From the NCBI GenBank assembly GCA_951406725.2, contig OX597814.1, positions 82,894,001 to 82,958,000 of the forward strand: a stretch of 64,000 bases of DNA, read 5' to 3'. Below are positions 14,636-28,449 of the stretch, piece after piece. Below the pieces are notes generated by a model. That model was not told the origin of the DNA, searched no databases, and was given only the letters and a program-made list of their open reading frames with translations. Every line of letters starts with the position of its first letter. The stretch's first letter is position 1. The position numbers and the translations under genes were made by a program. The DNA is from Octopus vulgaris. Taxonomy: Eukaryota.

Positions 14636-15240
14636 TCATCATCATCATCATCATCATCATTTAATGTCCGCTTTCCATGCTAGCATGGGTTGGATGGTTC
14701 AACTGGTGTCTGGGGAGCCCGAAGGCTGCACCAGGCCAGTCAGATCTGGCAGTGTTTCTACAGCTGGATGCCCTTCCTAACGCCAACCACTCCGAGAGTG
14801 GGTGATTTTATGTGCCACCGACACAGGTGCCAGACGAGGCTGGGGAATGGCCACGCTCGGATGGTGTTTTTATGTGCCACCGACACAGGTGCCAGACAAG
14901 GCTGGCAGACGACCATGCTCGGATGGTGTTTTTTTTTATGTGCCACCGACACAGGTGCCAGACGAGGCTGGCGAACGACCACGCCTCGGATGGTGTTTTT
15001 ATGTGCCACCGACACAGGTGCCAGACAAGGCTGGCAGACGACCACGCTCGGATGGTGTTTTTATGTGCCACCGACACAGGTGCCAGACGAGGCTGGCGAA
15101 CGGCCACGCTCGGATGGTGTTTTTATGTGCCACCGACACAGGTGCCAGACAAGGCTAGCAGACGACCACGCTCGGATGGTGTTTTTTTTTTTTATGTGCC
15201 ACCGACACAGGAGCCAGATTTGGCTGGCGATCGGCCATGA
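14636..15240 (-). mobile_element. (GAT)n-tailed retroposon carrying an internal minisatellite
   Basis: (CAT)n tract and family body at 14636-14800, followed by the tandem array. Confidence 0.7.
14806..15230. repeat. ~62-69 bp minisatellite, 7 units
   Basis: Core TGTGCCACCGACACAGG starts at 14811, 14873, 14939, 15002, 15064, 15126 and 15195. Confidence 0.95.
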
Positions 15241-15255
15241 TTGGGTGGTGATATA

Positions 15256-15777
15256 TGGTGGCAGCCCCCTCGTTATCGAGTATGGCCATTGCACGAAGCT
15301 TAATCAATGTTGTTATCGTGCACTGCCTGTGCAAGAAGATATTTTTTTTAAGTGAGGAAAGGCTGTGCACTGAGTCAATCCCACTCACTAAGCAACAGCA
15401 GTCATAATCCGAAAAGAAGAACAAGTCAACATCATCGGTAACCACTGAGCCGCAGGTTTTATGTCGGAGTTATCCCAGTTACCTGAGTTACCTTCTCCTA
15501 GAAGGATGCCCTAACAAAGTCTAGGAGCCCTTCACTCCCAATGGTTTAACCGCACGATCGGGTATTCAGTCCGATTATTTCTATGTCCCCGCGCATGATA
15601 CATCCATAAGTAACCCAGTACAACTTGTTGCATGGTTGGGTCGTTGGCGACTAAACCAGCAACCCCACCAAGCTTGCTTGGTGAGGAGGGTGTTTATTGG
15701 ACACCCTGCAGGGTGAAAAACAAAACCCGTCAAAGGGCGGAGGAACTCTTGAGAGTCAATGGCCATCCAATAAATGT

Positions 15778-15780
<3 letters not shown>
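15256..15780 (-). mobile_element. Non-autonomous RTE-related (bipartite) element
   Basis: CpG-rich block. The minus strand contains CTAGACTTTGTTAGGGCATCCTTCTAGGAGAAGGTAACTC, resembling the conserved RTE 5' UTR motif. The left end GGCAGCCCCCTCGTTATCGAG resembles the complement of RTE 3' ends. It abuts (TA)n. Confidence 0.5.
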
Positions 15781-15826
<46 letters not shown>

Positions 15827-17497
15827 GAGATTTTGAATTTAGTTCATGGACACCCCCAGTACTGCCTGTACAGAACCACTTTCTTTCATGTCCTGTCTGC
15901 AATGTGAACATGTATTAATTTTTCACCAACGTATGGTATATCAACATAGTTTAAATAACAGGCTTGCCTCCCTCTAGTTATGTATATCTACATATACCTC
16001 TTCACCCACATACTCACATATAAAATACCACCACCTACACAATACCTATATCTCCCTGCACATACACTTAAAGTGTTACCAACTGCACAACCATACACAT
16101 CCCACACACATATTCACAGCCTTCAAAACACTCATGAATGAACTACACCTACTCATAATAAATATATATGCCCATATACATACAGACAACATACCATACT
16201 CACTACTATCTCTGTTCAATAACATCTCATTTACTTTCCTAACCAAAACTCTCTCTCTTTCTTCTTCCACCACTTCTGTCTTTCCACTTTGTGAGATATT
16301 AATCAAAACAGACTTTTTCTTTTCAAAATATGTTTTTGTCTTTCTCTCTCGTAGAAGTAATGTCCAAAACATCAAACACACCACACTCTGTTATTTCTTC
16401 TTTATAGCATAAAATTAATATCTTGTTTACTGTGCTTACTATTTTTATGTTGTTTTATGTTGTTCCTGATTCTTTTACAGACTTATTTCTCATCACCCTC
16501 TGACCTTTGAAGTCTGGTATCTATAAGAAATCCTTCCCATACATTCATGTCACTAACAGAAGAAAGGGCATAAATGTTATACGGTTAAATCCTGTCAATT
16601 TTTTTATTCCTAAATTTAAGGTCTTGAGCTTCTACAGAAAATCATATATAGATTTAATTCAACTACATAAAAGCTTAATTTTTGAAAATGTTTTTGTATT
16701 TTTATCTCTTACACTTTTCAAATTTTATTTGTAAACACTATAATATACCATAACTTCTTTCCAAATTACTTATATGCTTCTATTTCCACATTGTCTAACA
16801 TCTAAATTATAGTATTGTAGCTTGAGGAAATGCAAGAAAATTGTTAAAAAGAAAAAAGAAAAAAGCCTTTCCAGAAAAGGACAATAAGAATAAAATATTA
16901 CAACAGTCAAATTGAACCATTAATGTTGAAGACTATAAGGCATTGTTTCGCCACTATAAGGCATTGTTTGGCTTTCCAATTTATATGATTTCATAGAAAA
17001 TACATTACCAAAATCATAGAAAGATTGTCTGCTAGTGTAGCATAATTGCAGACTGTCCTGCCATTAACAGAACAGAAATATAAATATATACAAAGGTACT
17101 CCTTGTGACTGTTTTACATTATTCTTCTCAATCAAACATGCTCAGAAAGAAGAAATAATAAACAATAATAGCATTATAGATAGCAGATCAGTTATAAAGA
17201 GACAGTAATGGATAATCTAAATACAATTATACAAATTATGTTACTTATAGCAACACTAAATTTATGTACTGTAAAACATAACACACACCTTTCCCTGAAG
17301 GAGGTTTATATTCTGAAACACTCAAATGAGGATGAAATATTTGATAGATATTAAGGCGTGGTAGTTCAACTAAAAAAAATGTTGCTACCATCAATCAGTT
17401 TTTGGTTTGCTTTCTTCAGTCTAGTGCAGCCTCTCAGCTTACCAGCTCTGGTCAAACTGTCCAACCCATGCTAGTATGGACAAAAGTCATTAAATGT

Positions 17498-17530
<33 letters not shown>

Positions 17531-17644
17531 GGAGGAGGATGATATATGCGTGCACACACACACACACACATACGCACACACAAACACACACATATTATAT
17601 AAAGGTGATGATCCAGCATGGCCACAGCTCTTGAGAGGTAACAT

Positions 17645-18300
17645 GGATGAGATGCAGTTTGGATTTCTGTAAGAGAAGCATTTAGCAAAAATTAACTGCT
17701 GTGCTTGGCATTTGTCAATATGGAGAAAGCCTTTGACTGAGTTCCTCACTCCCTTATCTCGTGGTTGCTGCAGAAACTAGGGGTAGATGAGTGACTGGTG
17801 AGAGCCATCTAAGATATATACAGGTTATGCTGTCAGTAAGGTGAAACGAATATAGTGCCAAATTTAGTGTGATTCACCAAGAATCAGTTCTCATCTCTCT
17901 CTTGTTTATCATAGTCTTCCATAAGACTGGGTGCTCTTGAGAGTTCTCTATGCTGATGACCTTGTTTTTATAACTTAATCTCAACTAGAAGTAGACAATG
18001 AGTTTCAGGCTTGGGAAATGAAGCCGATATGCAAAAGCTTGAAAAGAAATGAAGCCAGCATGCTCTGCTGGATGTGCAATGTCTGTGTGCTGATATGTTA
18101 AAATATATTTAAAGAGAAAAATTGAGAACAATAGGTATCAGATGTAGTATACAAGAGAGAAGACTGCATTTGTATGGTCAGATGATGTGTATGAATGAGG
18201 ACAGCTGCATAAAAAGTAGCAATCTTTAAATGTTGAGGGGAACCTCTGTAAGACATAGAATGAATTAGCGAGAAATAATCTTCAGATTTGAGCTTCATAG
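17645..18300 (+). pseudogene. RTE LINE reverse transcriptase fragment (internally deleted)
   Basis: MQFGF, LAFVNMEKAFD*VP, LYADDL, RNEASMLCWMCNV and RRLHLYG motifs occur in order. Confidence 0.85.
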
Positions 18301-19801
18301 AGGCATTTCCTTTATACCCATGACACCTCTGCCCTCGGTACACATTTGGTCTCCCAATAAACCTTCCCCACAACCAATCTTTCTAACACCTCATTCCCCC
18401 ACCCATGCTCATCACCAGCTAGTATTCCTCTCCATTCTCCCTCATGTACCTACCTGCACACAATTTGTCCCTATTGAATCTCTTCCTTATAACACATCCT
18501 CACAAAACCCCCTCCCTTTACTTGTCCTCACTCATTACACCCCACTCTACATCTACCATTCTCCTTTCCTAATCTCATGAACTCTCCCACTTACCCTCTC
18601 TAATCTTTGCTCCACTCACTCCCAAACCCTTCCTCATCACATCTTTACCATCTTCTCTCTCTCCTCTTTCTCGCTCTCCTCTCTCTCTCCACTCTTTCCC
18701 CTCCTGAGATAGTCATGTTTCCCCTCTAGTGCAAAACTCCTTTTTTCCATCCTCAATACTACTCCCCACCTCAGTTGGAGGGTCTTGTATTGCAAATTAT
18801 TTGGTGATCTCACTATTGCTGGTACCATGTAAAAAGCATCCAATACACTGTAAAGCATTTGGAGTTAGGAAGGTTATGCAGTTGTAGAAACCATGCTAAA
18901 GCAGCCTGTAGGGATTGGTGCAGTCTTCTGACTTGCCAGTTCCTGAGGAACTGTCTAACCCTTGCCAGCATGGAGAAAGGGTGTTAAATGATGAGATATA
19001 TTCATGTATACATATGCACACATGCATAAATATAAACTGCATTACCATCATTTTACTCCCATTTTCCATGCTTGTCTGGGTTGCTCAGGTCTTCTCTAGC
19101 ACAATATTTCACTATTTACCCTGTAGCTAGAGGATTTTAGACACTGTAAACTCCCCTTAGATAATTTTTTTAAATATGGTTAATTTTCAGGCCATTTTGA
19201 GACCATCAGTTCTACACTAGCAAAATGATTTTACACATGTGTGTACAAGTAATTCGTAATTCTGTTCAAATAAATACCATTATAACTATGACCAATATAT
19301 ATTTTGGTGAACTTAAAATTATTTTCAGAATATTATTTTTGTGGCAGGTGATTTAATCTGAGACTGTTCAAACAAAAGCAAATGCAATATGGAAGAGTCA
19401 TTCTAGCTAGTTAAAAGTACACAGAAACTGTTAACTTCATTTAGTCATTTATTACTAGGTGTCAAAATTTCCATTGGACTGTCTGCACAGTCTCTGACAC
19501 AGTTCCACTGCTTTAGTTTCAATACATGGTCTTGGCTCAAATCTCTTGCCAATCCCTGAGGAACTCTGTTACCAAACTCTGAAGAACTGTTACATATTAC
19601 CTTAATAGATAACAACTACATAACATTTGCTGCATAAAATACTTCATCTCACTGAAAATTTACACATCAAATTAATTTAGTTTATGAATTTATTTGATAT
19701 TTGAAATAAGATATATATATATATATATAAAAATAAATAAACGGAGTTTTCTGTGTTGTTAACAAGGGAAAAATACACTCATCTATATATATATATATAA
19801 A

Positions 19802-19842
<41 letters not shown>

Positions 19843-20120
19843 GAATGCGCTTGACCTAGTAGTTAAGGTGTTACACTCACAATTGCAAGATTGTAGTTTT
19901 GATTCCAAGATGGGTTGTGCATCATGTTGAGTAAAACACTTAATTTCATTTTACTCTTCTCTACTCAGCTGTAGATGGGTAACTCTGCAGTGGACTGACA
20001 TTCTGATCAGGAGAGATGTTGGCCTGCGAGCATAGCCAGCAGAGTAGCATAATTCAAAAGCTATAACAATGTTAAGAGGTGCAGCATGACCAGTGGTATG
20101 TAGCAATGTCAGATACAGTA
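19843..20120 (+). mobile_element. Old tRNA-derived SINE related to family C
   Basis: Degenerate A/B boxes and a CTGCAGTGGACTGACAT block similar to 55326-55625. Confidence 0.5.
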
Positions 20121-21049
20121 ACAGTAATATGTATATTTTTATGTGTGTATGTAGCTATGTTTCTATATATTTATGAATGTTTGTTTGTGTGTTTGTGTGC
20201 ACATGCATGCATCCCTGTGTCTTGTTGAGTCTTGTTGTATATTTTGAGTCTTGTTGTATATTTTCAAAATACCTGAAAATGGTTCAAATTTCCACATTCA
20301 TTTAAAAATCTCACCCACAACATTTACAGGCTCTTGACAACCAGTGAACTTGATGTTATTAGTGTTCCACTTAAACTATTGCAGGAAAGACATGAGCAAG
20401 GAGAAGATTTCTAAAAATCAGTGTTCTGAGGAGAAGGACTAGACATAATGGTTTGTGAAAAGCCAAAGGATTTGGACATGTCAAGAGTGATGAGAAGTTG
20501 TTAGATTAGTTGGATAGGAGTGCCTGATTGATAGAGGTAAGGGATCAGCCAGCTCCAAGAATAAAAGGCTATTATAGTAGCACAAGAAGAGACAAAATGC
20601 CTGTGAGCAGATGCTGGTATGTGTCCATTATGACCGAATTCAAATCAGTCAAGTAGCCTTCTCCATAAGCTCTTTAAGCAAGGCTCTTTTGTCATTTTTA
20701 GTATATCTTGCATATCATTATTTCCAAAAGTCAAAAGTGAATATTTTGGAAGACTGTTATCGAAATATTTCCTCTAACCTTCTTTTACATTTATTGTTAA
20801 AAGTTGCAAATTCAAGCTGCCTGGATTTTATTTATTTATGCAATTTCACAAAAACTATTATCCGTATTTTAGGGACTTAACTATCCTTCATATTCATCCC
20901 ATTAGTTAGAATTCTGGCTTCACTATTTGACATTAAAAAAAGATAATAGTTTGTTCAATTTTTTCTTGTGCTTTACTAAGTATACAATATTGGTTCTGTA
21001 GTTTAAGTAGAAATTTTAACATCTCTACCAAACTATCCAAAATTAGTTA

Positions 21050-21620
21050 CAAAAGCTCATCATACATTGATTTTTCTGTACAAAATCATGAAGTCCTACT
21101 GCTCATTCTTCCCAAATACATCCAAATAACATTATAAGATTACCATAGTGCTTTTACAGTTAGTTCAGTTGAGGAAACAGCCTATGCCATGCTGAAAAAC
21201 ATGATCAATTTTCAAGATTTGATAGGGAAGGGTCTCAGTGCATACAATTCACTTATCTTGATTCTTTGAATACCTTCAATATAAAGAATGCATTTTATTT
21301 CAAAATACCTGAAAATGGTTCAAATTTCCACATTCATTTAAAAATCTCACCTACACTAAATCCAAGCTTGCTGCTATTGCAGTAACAAACTTAGATTGAC
21401 TATATTAGGAAAACTCTTGAGAGATAGTTTCTTTAAACCCTTGATTTTCTTCCTAATGTTACTGATGATCTGCCAGTTATAAGTGATATTGATATCACAT
21501 TTTCTTTTAAGTACTGCATCAAAAAAAAAACTATCACATTTGTATAGATTTGTAAATATTCTAAATCAAAATAGAAAGATCCATGGTGGGGAAATCCACT
21601 AACTGCTACTCTCAAATTTC
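21050..21620 (+). pseudogene. Heavily decayed Penelope-like RT fragment
   Basis: Ordered remnants resembling LPKIH (LPKIHK), KLAAIAVTNL (SFDVTNL) and MVG/NPLTATL (MGSPLSP.LA). Many disablements. Confidence 0.35.
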
Positions 21621-21879
21621 CACAAAAAAATTAATGAATAAATAAACTCTGCTAATACAAGTCTTGCTTTTCATAACAATAGATTCATCAATCAGTTTTA
21701 AATTGTTTGGAAATTATGTTTTTCACCATGCCAGAATGAAAAACAGATTTTAAATGATGATGATGGTGATGACCTCTGTCTTTTGCATTTCATTCACCAT
21801 GTAGTGAGTAATATCTGTACATGACTTATGAAAGTGAAGTATGTAGCCAAATTTAAGGTTGTTTCTTTCTTAGTATAAT

Positions 21880-22085
21880 CCTAATATCAACAGGGTACAA
21901 GGCCTGAAATTTGGTGGGAGGAGGCTTGTTGATTTCCCTGACCCCAATACTTGACAAGTACTTATTTTATTGAACCCTGAAAACATCAACAGCAAAGTTG
22001 GCCTTGGTGAAATTTGAACATAAAACCAGAAGAATTGGCTGCATAGCATTTTTCCCAGTGTGCTAACAATTCTACTAGCTTGCTG
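21880..22085 (-). mobile_element. SINE family A (diverged)
   Basis: Similarity to other family A copies. Further copies lie near 11690-12030, 24962-25175, 40490-40690, 44085-44235, 53665-53880 and 54108-54330. Confidence 0.75.
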
Positions 22086-22796
22086 CTTTAGTATAATCTG
22101 AGTATAAAACCATGTTGAGTCAAGCATTTTTTCGTATTTCAAGCTTTAATTAATAGTTCCAACAAATTACATATGAAAAGCACTTATTCATCAAAATCCA
22201 TCCTCACGTATGCTATTGTCTATTGCCATTGTTGTGCCAGAAGCTCAATTCCGTGCTTATACCATTTGGATAATTTAGAAACAAAAAACTCCCTACACCT
22301 GTTTTCAACCTTATCCACATTGTTGAATGCAGGAAATGAACCATGACACAGAAAAGCAGTAATCAGATGGCACAAGGTCAGAACTGTAGGCATGCTGAGT
22401 CACATTGGCAGTGTGTCTTGGTATATTGTTATGCTGTAGGAGTACATGTCTTTAATTGACCAATGCTGGGTAGTGGGCTTTCAAAGCATCATATACTCAC
22501 TACAGTTGTTGAGCATAAAGGTTAGTGTTCATAGTACAACCATCTGGGGACAAGTTCAAAGTGCAGCACCCACCACCAAACACAACATGACCTTCTGTTC
22601 AAACAGCCCTTGTTTAATATCAGGTACTGAAGTCTGGTCAGAACAAAGTTACTGATTTCTCTTATTAAGATTACTAAAATAAATCCATTTCTCATCCCCA
22701 CTTACAATTCAACACCCCAAACAGCATCTTGAATATTTGTTAGCAATTGTTTGCAAATGTTCACACATCATCAAGCTTGATCATTTTTGCAATACA

Positions 22797-23031
22797 CCTA
22801 GATTGTAGGGTATTTCTAATGTTTCCAGATGCTTTTTCAGGTTGGGTGGTATTGAACCCAATGCTCCAATGACAAACCTTTATGTTCGACTCTCTTAGAT
22901 GCCACATCTTAGTGATCTCAATTCTCATGTCGCCATATTTTCAGTCTTTTCTCTTTCTTTCATGATAATATGTTGATCTTCTGGCACTGACATGTCAATT
23001 ATTAGGCACTCTTTTTTGTCCCTCCTAAAGG
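22797..23031 (-). mobile_element. R4/Dong-like non-LTR retrotransposon 3' fragment (restriction-like endonuclease)
   Basis: RDKKECLIIDMSVPEDQHIIMKEREK..EITKMWHL..VIGALGSIP; abuts (TTA)n. Confidence 0.75.
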
Positions 23032-23034
23032 TTA

Positions 23035-23071
<37 letters not shown>

Positions 23072-23074
<3 letters not shown>

Positions 23075-23445
23075 TAGTTTTATTTTTATAGCATGCTTTC
23101 ACTTCACTACCGAGCGCAGCTCTGTGTGCCTTGGGTATGTGCTGTGATTTGTTGTGATGCTCTGATGGTTACTGTATGGAAAGTGTTCTGCGTAGGATGT
23201 GTGCAATGCCTAGTAGTGCAATTTTCGGTATGTTATATGTGTTTGGAAGTCCTGGTGTTTTTGTTATGTATTTGTCTGAATATTTTTTTTATCATGCCTA
23301 ATGCACCTACTATGATAGGAATTGTTTCTGTTTTTAGATTCCACATTCTGGTTACCTCTATTTCCAGGTCTTTGTATTTTGAAAATTTCTCCATTTCTTT
23401 TAGAGACACGTTGTCATCTGCTGGTGTTGATACATCAATTAGAAA
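23072..23445 (-). mobile_element. R4/Dong-like 5'-truncated copy
   Basis: LIDVSTPADDNVSLKEMEKFSKYKDLEIEVTRMWNLKTETIPIIVGALG..KIALLGIAHILRRTLSIQ* plus 3' UTR, with (TTA)n on both sides. Confidence 0.85.
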
Positions 23446-23457
23446 TAATAATTATTA

Positions 23458-23513
<56 letters not shown>

Positions 23514-26369
23514 TTTTTTTTTTTTTATTATTATTGCATCTGTAAAAATCCTGTTACTCATAAACCTACTCCATGAAAGCACCAATCACGAAACAAATAA
23601 ATTCTGTGTGTTTAATCAAATCTAAGATGATCCCCCTTACTGCATACACAACAACCTGGCTTTCTATTGTTAACAATTAGATAGGGATATTCTTTCTTTA
23701 TGTTTAAGTGCACTTATAATGTTCAGCAGTTTGGAAGATCACATTTGGCATTGTTGCTTTTTGAAATGTCATCACTTACATATATATCATCAGGTGAAAC
23801 AACACTATAGAGAAGAGCATTATTGTCAACTAATTTAACCTTTTCCGCTATTTTTTACTTCTCCATCAAGATGTCTTTTAAAACATCTTAGTATGCTTAT
23901 TTTCTCAGGAGTACACCAACAATGAAATGTATAGCTATTTGATGCTAGTGATATTTATAAGATAAAATTTGCGGAATATTTCTTTTTTATCTCCTTGCAC
24001 TTTTGCTGAACAAAGCCATTCACTAAATATTCACCATTTACAATTTAGGCTGCAAAAATTGTTGATGATAGCTATTTCATTTTGCATGACTTCACTTTTG
24101 CATGGTTTTGATCTTAGTTGAATTTTTCTTTTTCTTTTCCATTTTACATTCAGAAATACAACCACTTCTTTGTTTCTGCTTCACTTTTGTATTTTCTTTT
24201 CGTTTCACTTCAGAAGTAAGAGAGACCACATTCTAAACTAACATTTACATTAGAATAGTTTTATATATATCTATATCTGTCTTTCTGTCTATCTATCTGT
24301 CTGTCTGTCTGTCCATACACATACATATCTCTCTACATGTGTGTGCATGTGTGTGTGTATGTGTGTGTGCGTGTGTTTATTTCATGTCTGTTGTTTTTAT
24401 ATGTGTGCCTGCATTATCTGTTATTGTTCATCAACTTTTAGAAAGCATTAAGTACAGTGAAAATGATTCTATTGTTTATCTGAGCTGTTAGTGACGAAAC
24501 TTGAAGTCCAAGTGAAATCGATATATATGTATTCATTCACAAATGCACACATGCAAACTCACACACACAAACACACACACATGCACATACACACAAACAC
24601 ATGGATACACATGCACAAGATATTGTTTTTAAACTTAATGTATATGATGCTCTCATCTAGAGGTCTTAACATAGTTCAACATACAAGAAACCAGAAAACA
24701 ACATAATCCTCTTAGAATATGCATTGAGTTTGAAAGTAGGAGAAAAGAACTGGCATTAACTGAAGGCTCATGTAGTGGTTACTTAAAAAAAGAAATGAAT
24801 GAACAAAAAATACACGAGGCTGGTAATGAAGCAAGTTACGTGAAGCTAGGAGATGTGATAAACATTCACAGGAGTTTGATATTATTGTTATATTTTGGTA
24901 GCCTTGATTATGAGGATGTCTCATAGTATGTTGGAATCTGTCTACATGTAATATCTTTTAAGGCAGTGTGATGGCAGAGTAGTTAGCATGTTGGTCAAAT
25001 TGCTTTGTTGCATTTCTTCCAGCGCTTTACATTCTCAGTTCAGATTCCGCTGAGGTTGACTTTGTCTTTAATCCTTTTCAGGTTGTTAAAATAACTACCA
25101 GTCAAATACTGGGGTCAATGTTATTGGCCTACCCTTCCTGTCAAAATTTCTGGCCTTATGTCAAAATCAGAAAGTAAAATCTCTCTAGAGCAAATTAATT
25201 ATGACAGATCTGTCAGGTTTCAGGCACTAACAAAACCCCTGAAGGCGTTTGTCCTCTGCAAGCTAAGAAAACAAGAGTAATGATATGTCTATCCTTATAG
25301 AATAGAACAATATTTGACATTCTATGTTTAGGGGGAAAAGACCATTTGGAGTTGAGTATCTGCATTATTAGTCAATGTATACAAATTAGTCTTGCAATCA
25401 GCATGGCTATGTCTCCATAAACAGTTGAAACTATTATTACAATGCATCAAAGAGAGAAGACTCTATATGATTGTTTGACTGTTTTTTAATTTTTTTATGG
25501 TATAATCAGAGGAGGAAGGGCAACTCCCATAACACTTTTCAGGTCCATGAGACTGATGAGAGGAAGAGAAGAAGCTCTGTTCAGATTCAAGATCCAGCCA
25601 AAATGCTAGCAACAAAATGGAATCTGATGAAAGCAAACAATGAGGAGGTGACGGTATTAGATTGCACATCCAAAAACAGGAACATGTTGCCATATGCATT
25701 CAGGCATGGTTGTAAAGTTAAGAAGCTCACTTTTCAATCATATGGTTTGGGGTTCAGTCCTACTACATGGCACCTTGAGCAAGTGTTTTCTGTTATAGGG
25801 CAATCAATGCATTGTGAGTGATTTTAGTAGATGAAAATTGTGCGGAAGTCAATTGAATATATGTGCATATGTTTGTGAGTGTGTGTTTGTCCCCACCCCC
25901 ACTACTTGTTGATTGGTGTTGGTTTGCTTATGTTCCCATAACTTAGCAGTTTAGCAAAAGAGATTGATAGGATAAATAAGTCACAGAGGAGGCTGGTATG
26001 CATGGACGACTGCTGGTCTTCTATAAACAACTTTGTCCAGACTTGTGTCTGGGAGAGTAACTTTCAAGGTGCAATCCCATGGTCTGTGTCATGACCGAAG
26101 GGGGTCTCAAAACTCAGAACATTTGACAGTAAAATGTGAATGCTAAAGGGTTAACCACAGGCCATTGTCTGCTATAAATAAGAGCCAAACTTGCCTGAAA
26201 TTTCATACCACTGTATTTCAGGAATTAAAGATCACATTAGATAATGCATCCCTTATGTACTAACACCTAAAAAAGAGCAGGATAGGCATGGCTAGAATAT
26301 ATTTTATTAAAGGTCTGTTCAAATGAGGCACATCTAGGATAAAACAACAACAACAATGAATGTCTTTTA

Positions 26370-26662
26370 TCCTTTTATTTTGTTTTAGTCACTGGACTGT
26401 GGCCACCTTGAGGTGTTTATTCAAAAAAATCTCACTCCAATACATATCTTTTAAACCTGGTACTTATTCTGTTGGTTGCTTTTGCTAAACTACGACTTAC
26501 AAGGATGCAAACAAGCCAACATTGTTTGTTGAGTGGTGAAGTGAGGACAAACACAAATACAAAGATATATACACATATATACATATATACATATATACAC
26601 ACACACACTTACATACATATATACATGTTTGTATGTATGTATGTACGTACATATGTACGTAC

Positions 26663-26693
<31 letters not shown>

Positions 26694-26900
26694 TGTATGT
26701 ATGTATGTATGTATGTATGTATGTATGTATGTATGTATACATACACAATGTGCTTCTTTCATTTTCTGTCCAACAAATTCACTCAAAAGGCTTTGCTTAA
26801 CCTTGGGATGTAGTAGAAGACACTCGCAGAAGATGCACACAGTGGAACTGAATCTGGAACCATGTGGTTGGGAAGCAAACTTCTGACCATGCAGCCACAT
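26370..26900 (-). mobile_element. tRNA-derived SINE family B (diverged, internal microsatellite)
   Basis: Same architecture as 45545-45945. Confidence 0.75.
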
Positions 26901-27432
26901 CTATGGCCATACCTAACAATATATGGTCACAAGAACATCTGTCTAATAATTACTTTCCGTTTAAAATTTTAATACAGACAAAATGCTCTTGCATTGAGTA
27001 TGTCGAAAATATAAGATGAATTTATTATTTTAAAGATGCAATTATAGCAGAATGATGGAGGGGCATTTCAAAACCATACATATTAAACAAATACTAGTCA
27101 GTCAAATGAAAGATATACATGCAGAACTTGAGTTGACAGTAGATATAATTGACATATAACATTGGTGTAACTGAAGTCATGAACAAGGTAGAGACAGTCA
27201 GGCACCAAGCATAGAGAGAGTAACTTTAATGAAGCTGATAGCTAATGTAAACCATATACTGACAGAACTTCTTATTCAGCTATGTAATGAAAGATACATT
27301 AAAGCAGTTGCCGTGTGGAGAATGTGGAAAATAATATTCATTTATGCTGCCTATGTATATATCCTGAAGAAAAAAAAATGAGATATTACAATAAATTATA
27401 ATATCAGGTATTTGTGTATGTATGTATGTATG

Positions 27433-27463
<31 letters not shown>

Positions 27464-27474
27464 CTACATGTGTG

Positions 27475-27509
<35 letters not shown>

Positions 27510-28449
27510 ATGTAGATTAGTTACAGGGTGCATTAGAATCTAGGTATATGAACAAGTATGATGGCGGGTAACATAACATTGAGCTGACAGTAAAGTAAAA
27601 CAATGATTAGGTGTTATTTACTGGTAGTGACTGCCACTAGCTATATATAAATACACACACACACAATAAATACAAATTCTGTATGAAATGTTGAATGATT
27701 ATTTCTCTGCAAATCCGGTTTACTCTGTTCATTGTATTGTCCAATTTTAGCACCAAAAATTCAATATAAACAGCAGTAATTAATTTTAAGTGGAATCCAT
27801 AGATAAATCCAGTGAAAGTTCAAATTCTTACGACCATTTCAAGAACATGTGGTATGAAATGGGCGAACCATTTCCATCCATCTCATTTATCTACATTTCT
27901 TTCTTCAAAGATGACTTATGAGGATTTAAAAGACTTTTTTTTAATTTTAAAAATAAGTTTAAAAAATTTTTCTTATTTAAAAAATTTGGAGTTTGGAGTG
28001 AAAGTACATGCTGTTTAGGTGCATGAAATAAAATAAATGTCAAATTTTAGTGTTTAAATAGACTGCAAAATGCCTAGCGGTGATACTTTAAGATGAGTCT
28101 GAGATATAATATGAGTTGAAGGTTAAAATCATATATAGTCTGACCATTTATGGAGAGAAAAAGTTGAAAGTTGAGAAATATTTGTGTCTGCAGAAAATCA
28201 AAACATCCAAGATCTTATTAAGTTATAGTTTTTTATTGGTATGATGTCAATTGATACTTTTGTGCACAATCTGCACATTCTTGACAAAATGAATGCTGAC
28301 TCCTGAAATTTGTTCTCTTTTCATGTTCCTCTGATTAGAGCACTAATTTGTTGCTCTGTACAGGGAATTATTCTCCTTTCTACCTGATTATATATATGAT
28401 TTTTGATTTTGATTTTTCCAGTTTCAGCTAATGAGCTGTGGCCATGCTA

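Noticed and set aside
14806-15230. CRISPR-like periodic array and the 221-aa ORF 14690-15355
   Set aside because: The 'spacers' are near-identical, there are no cas genes, and the context is eukaryotic. The ORF is an artefact of a stop-free tandem repeat.
25471-25821. 116-aa ORF as a host exon
   Set aside because: No recognisable domain, and its 3' part runs into a SINE head.
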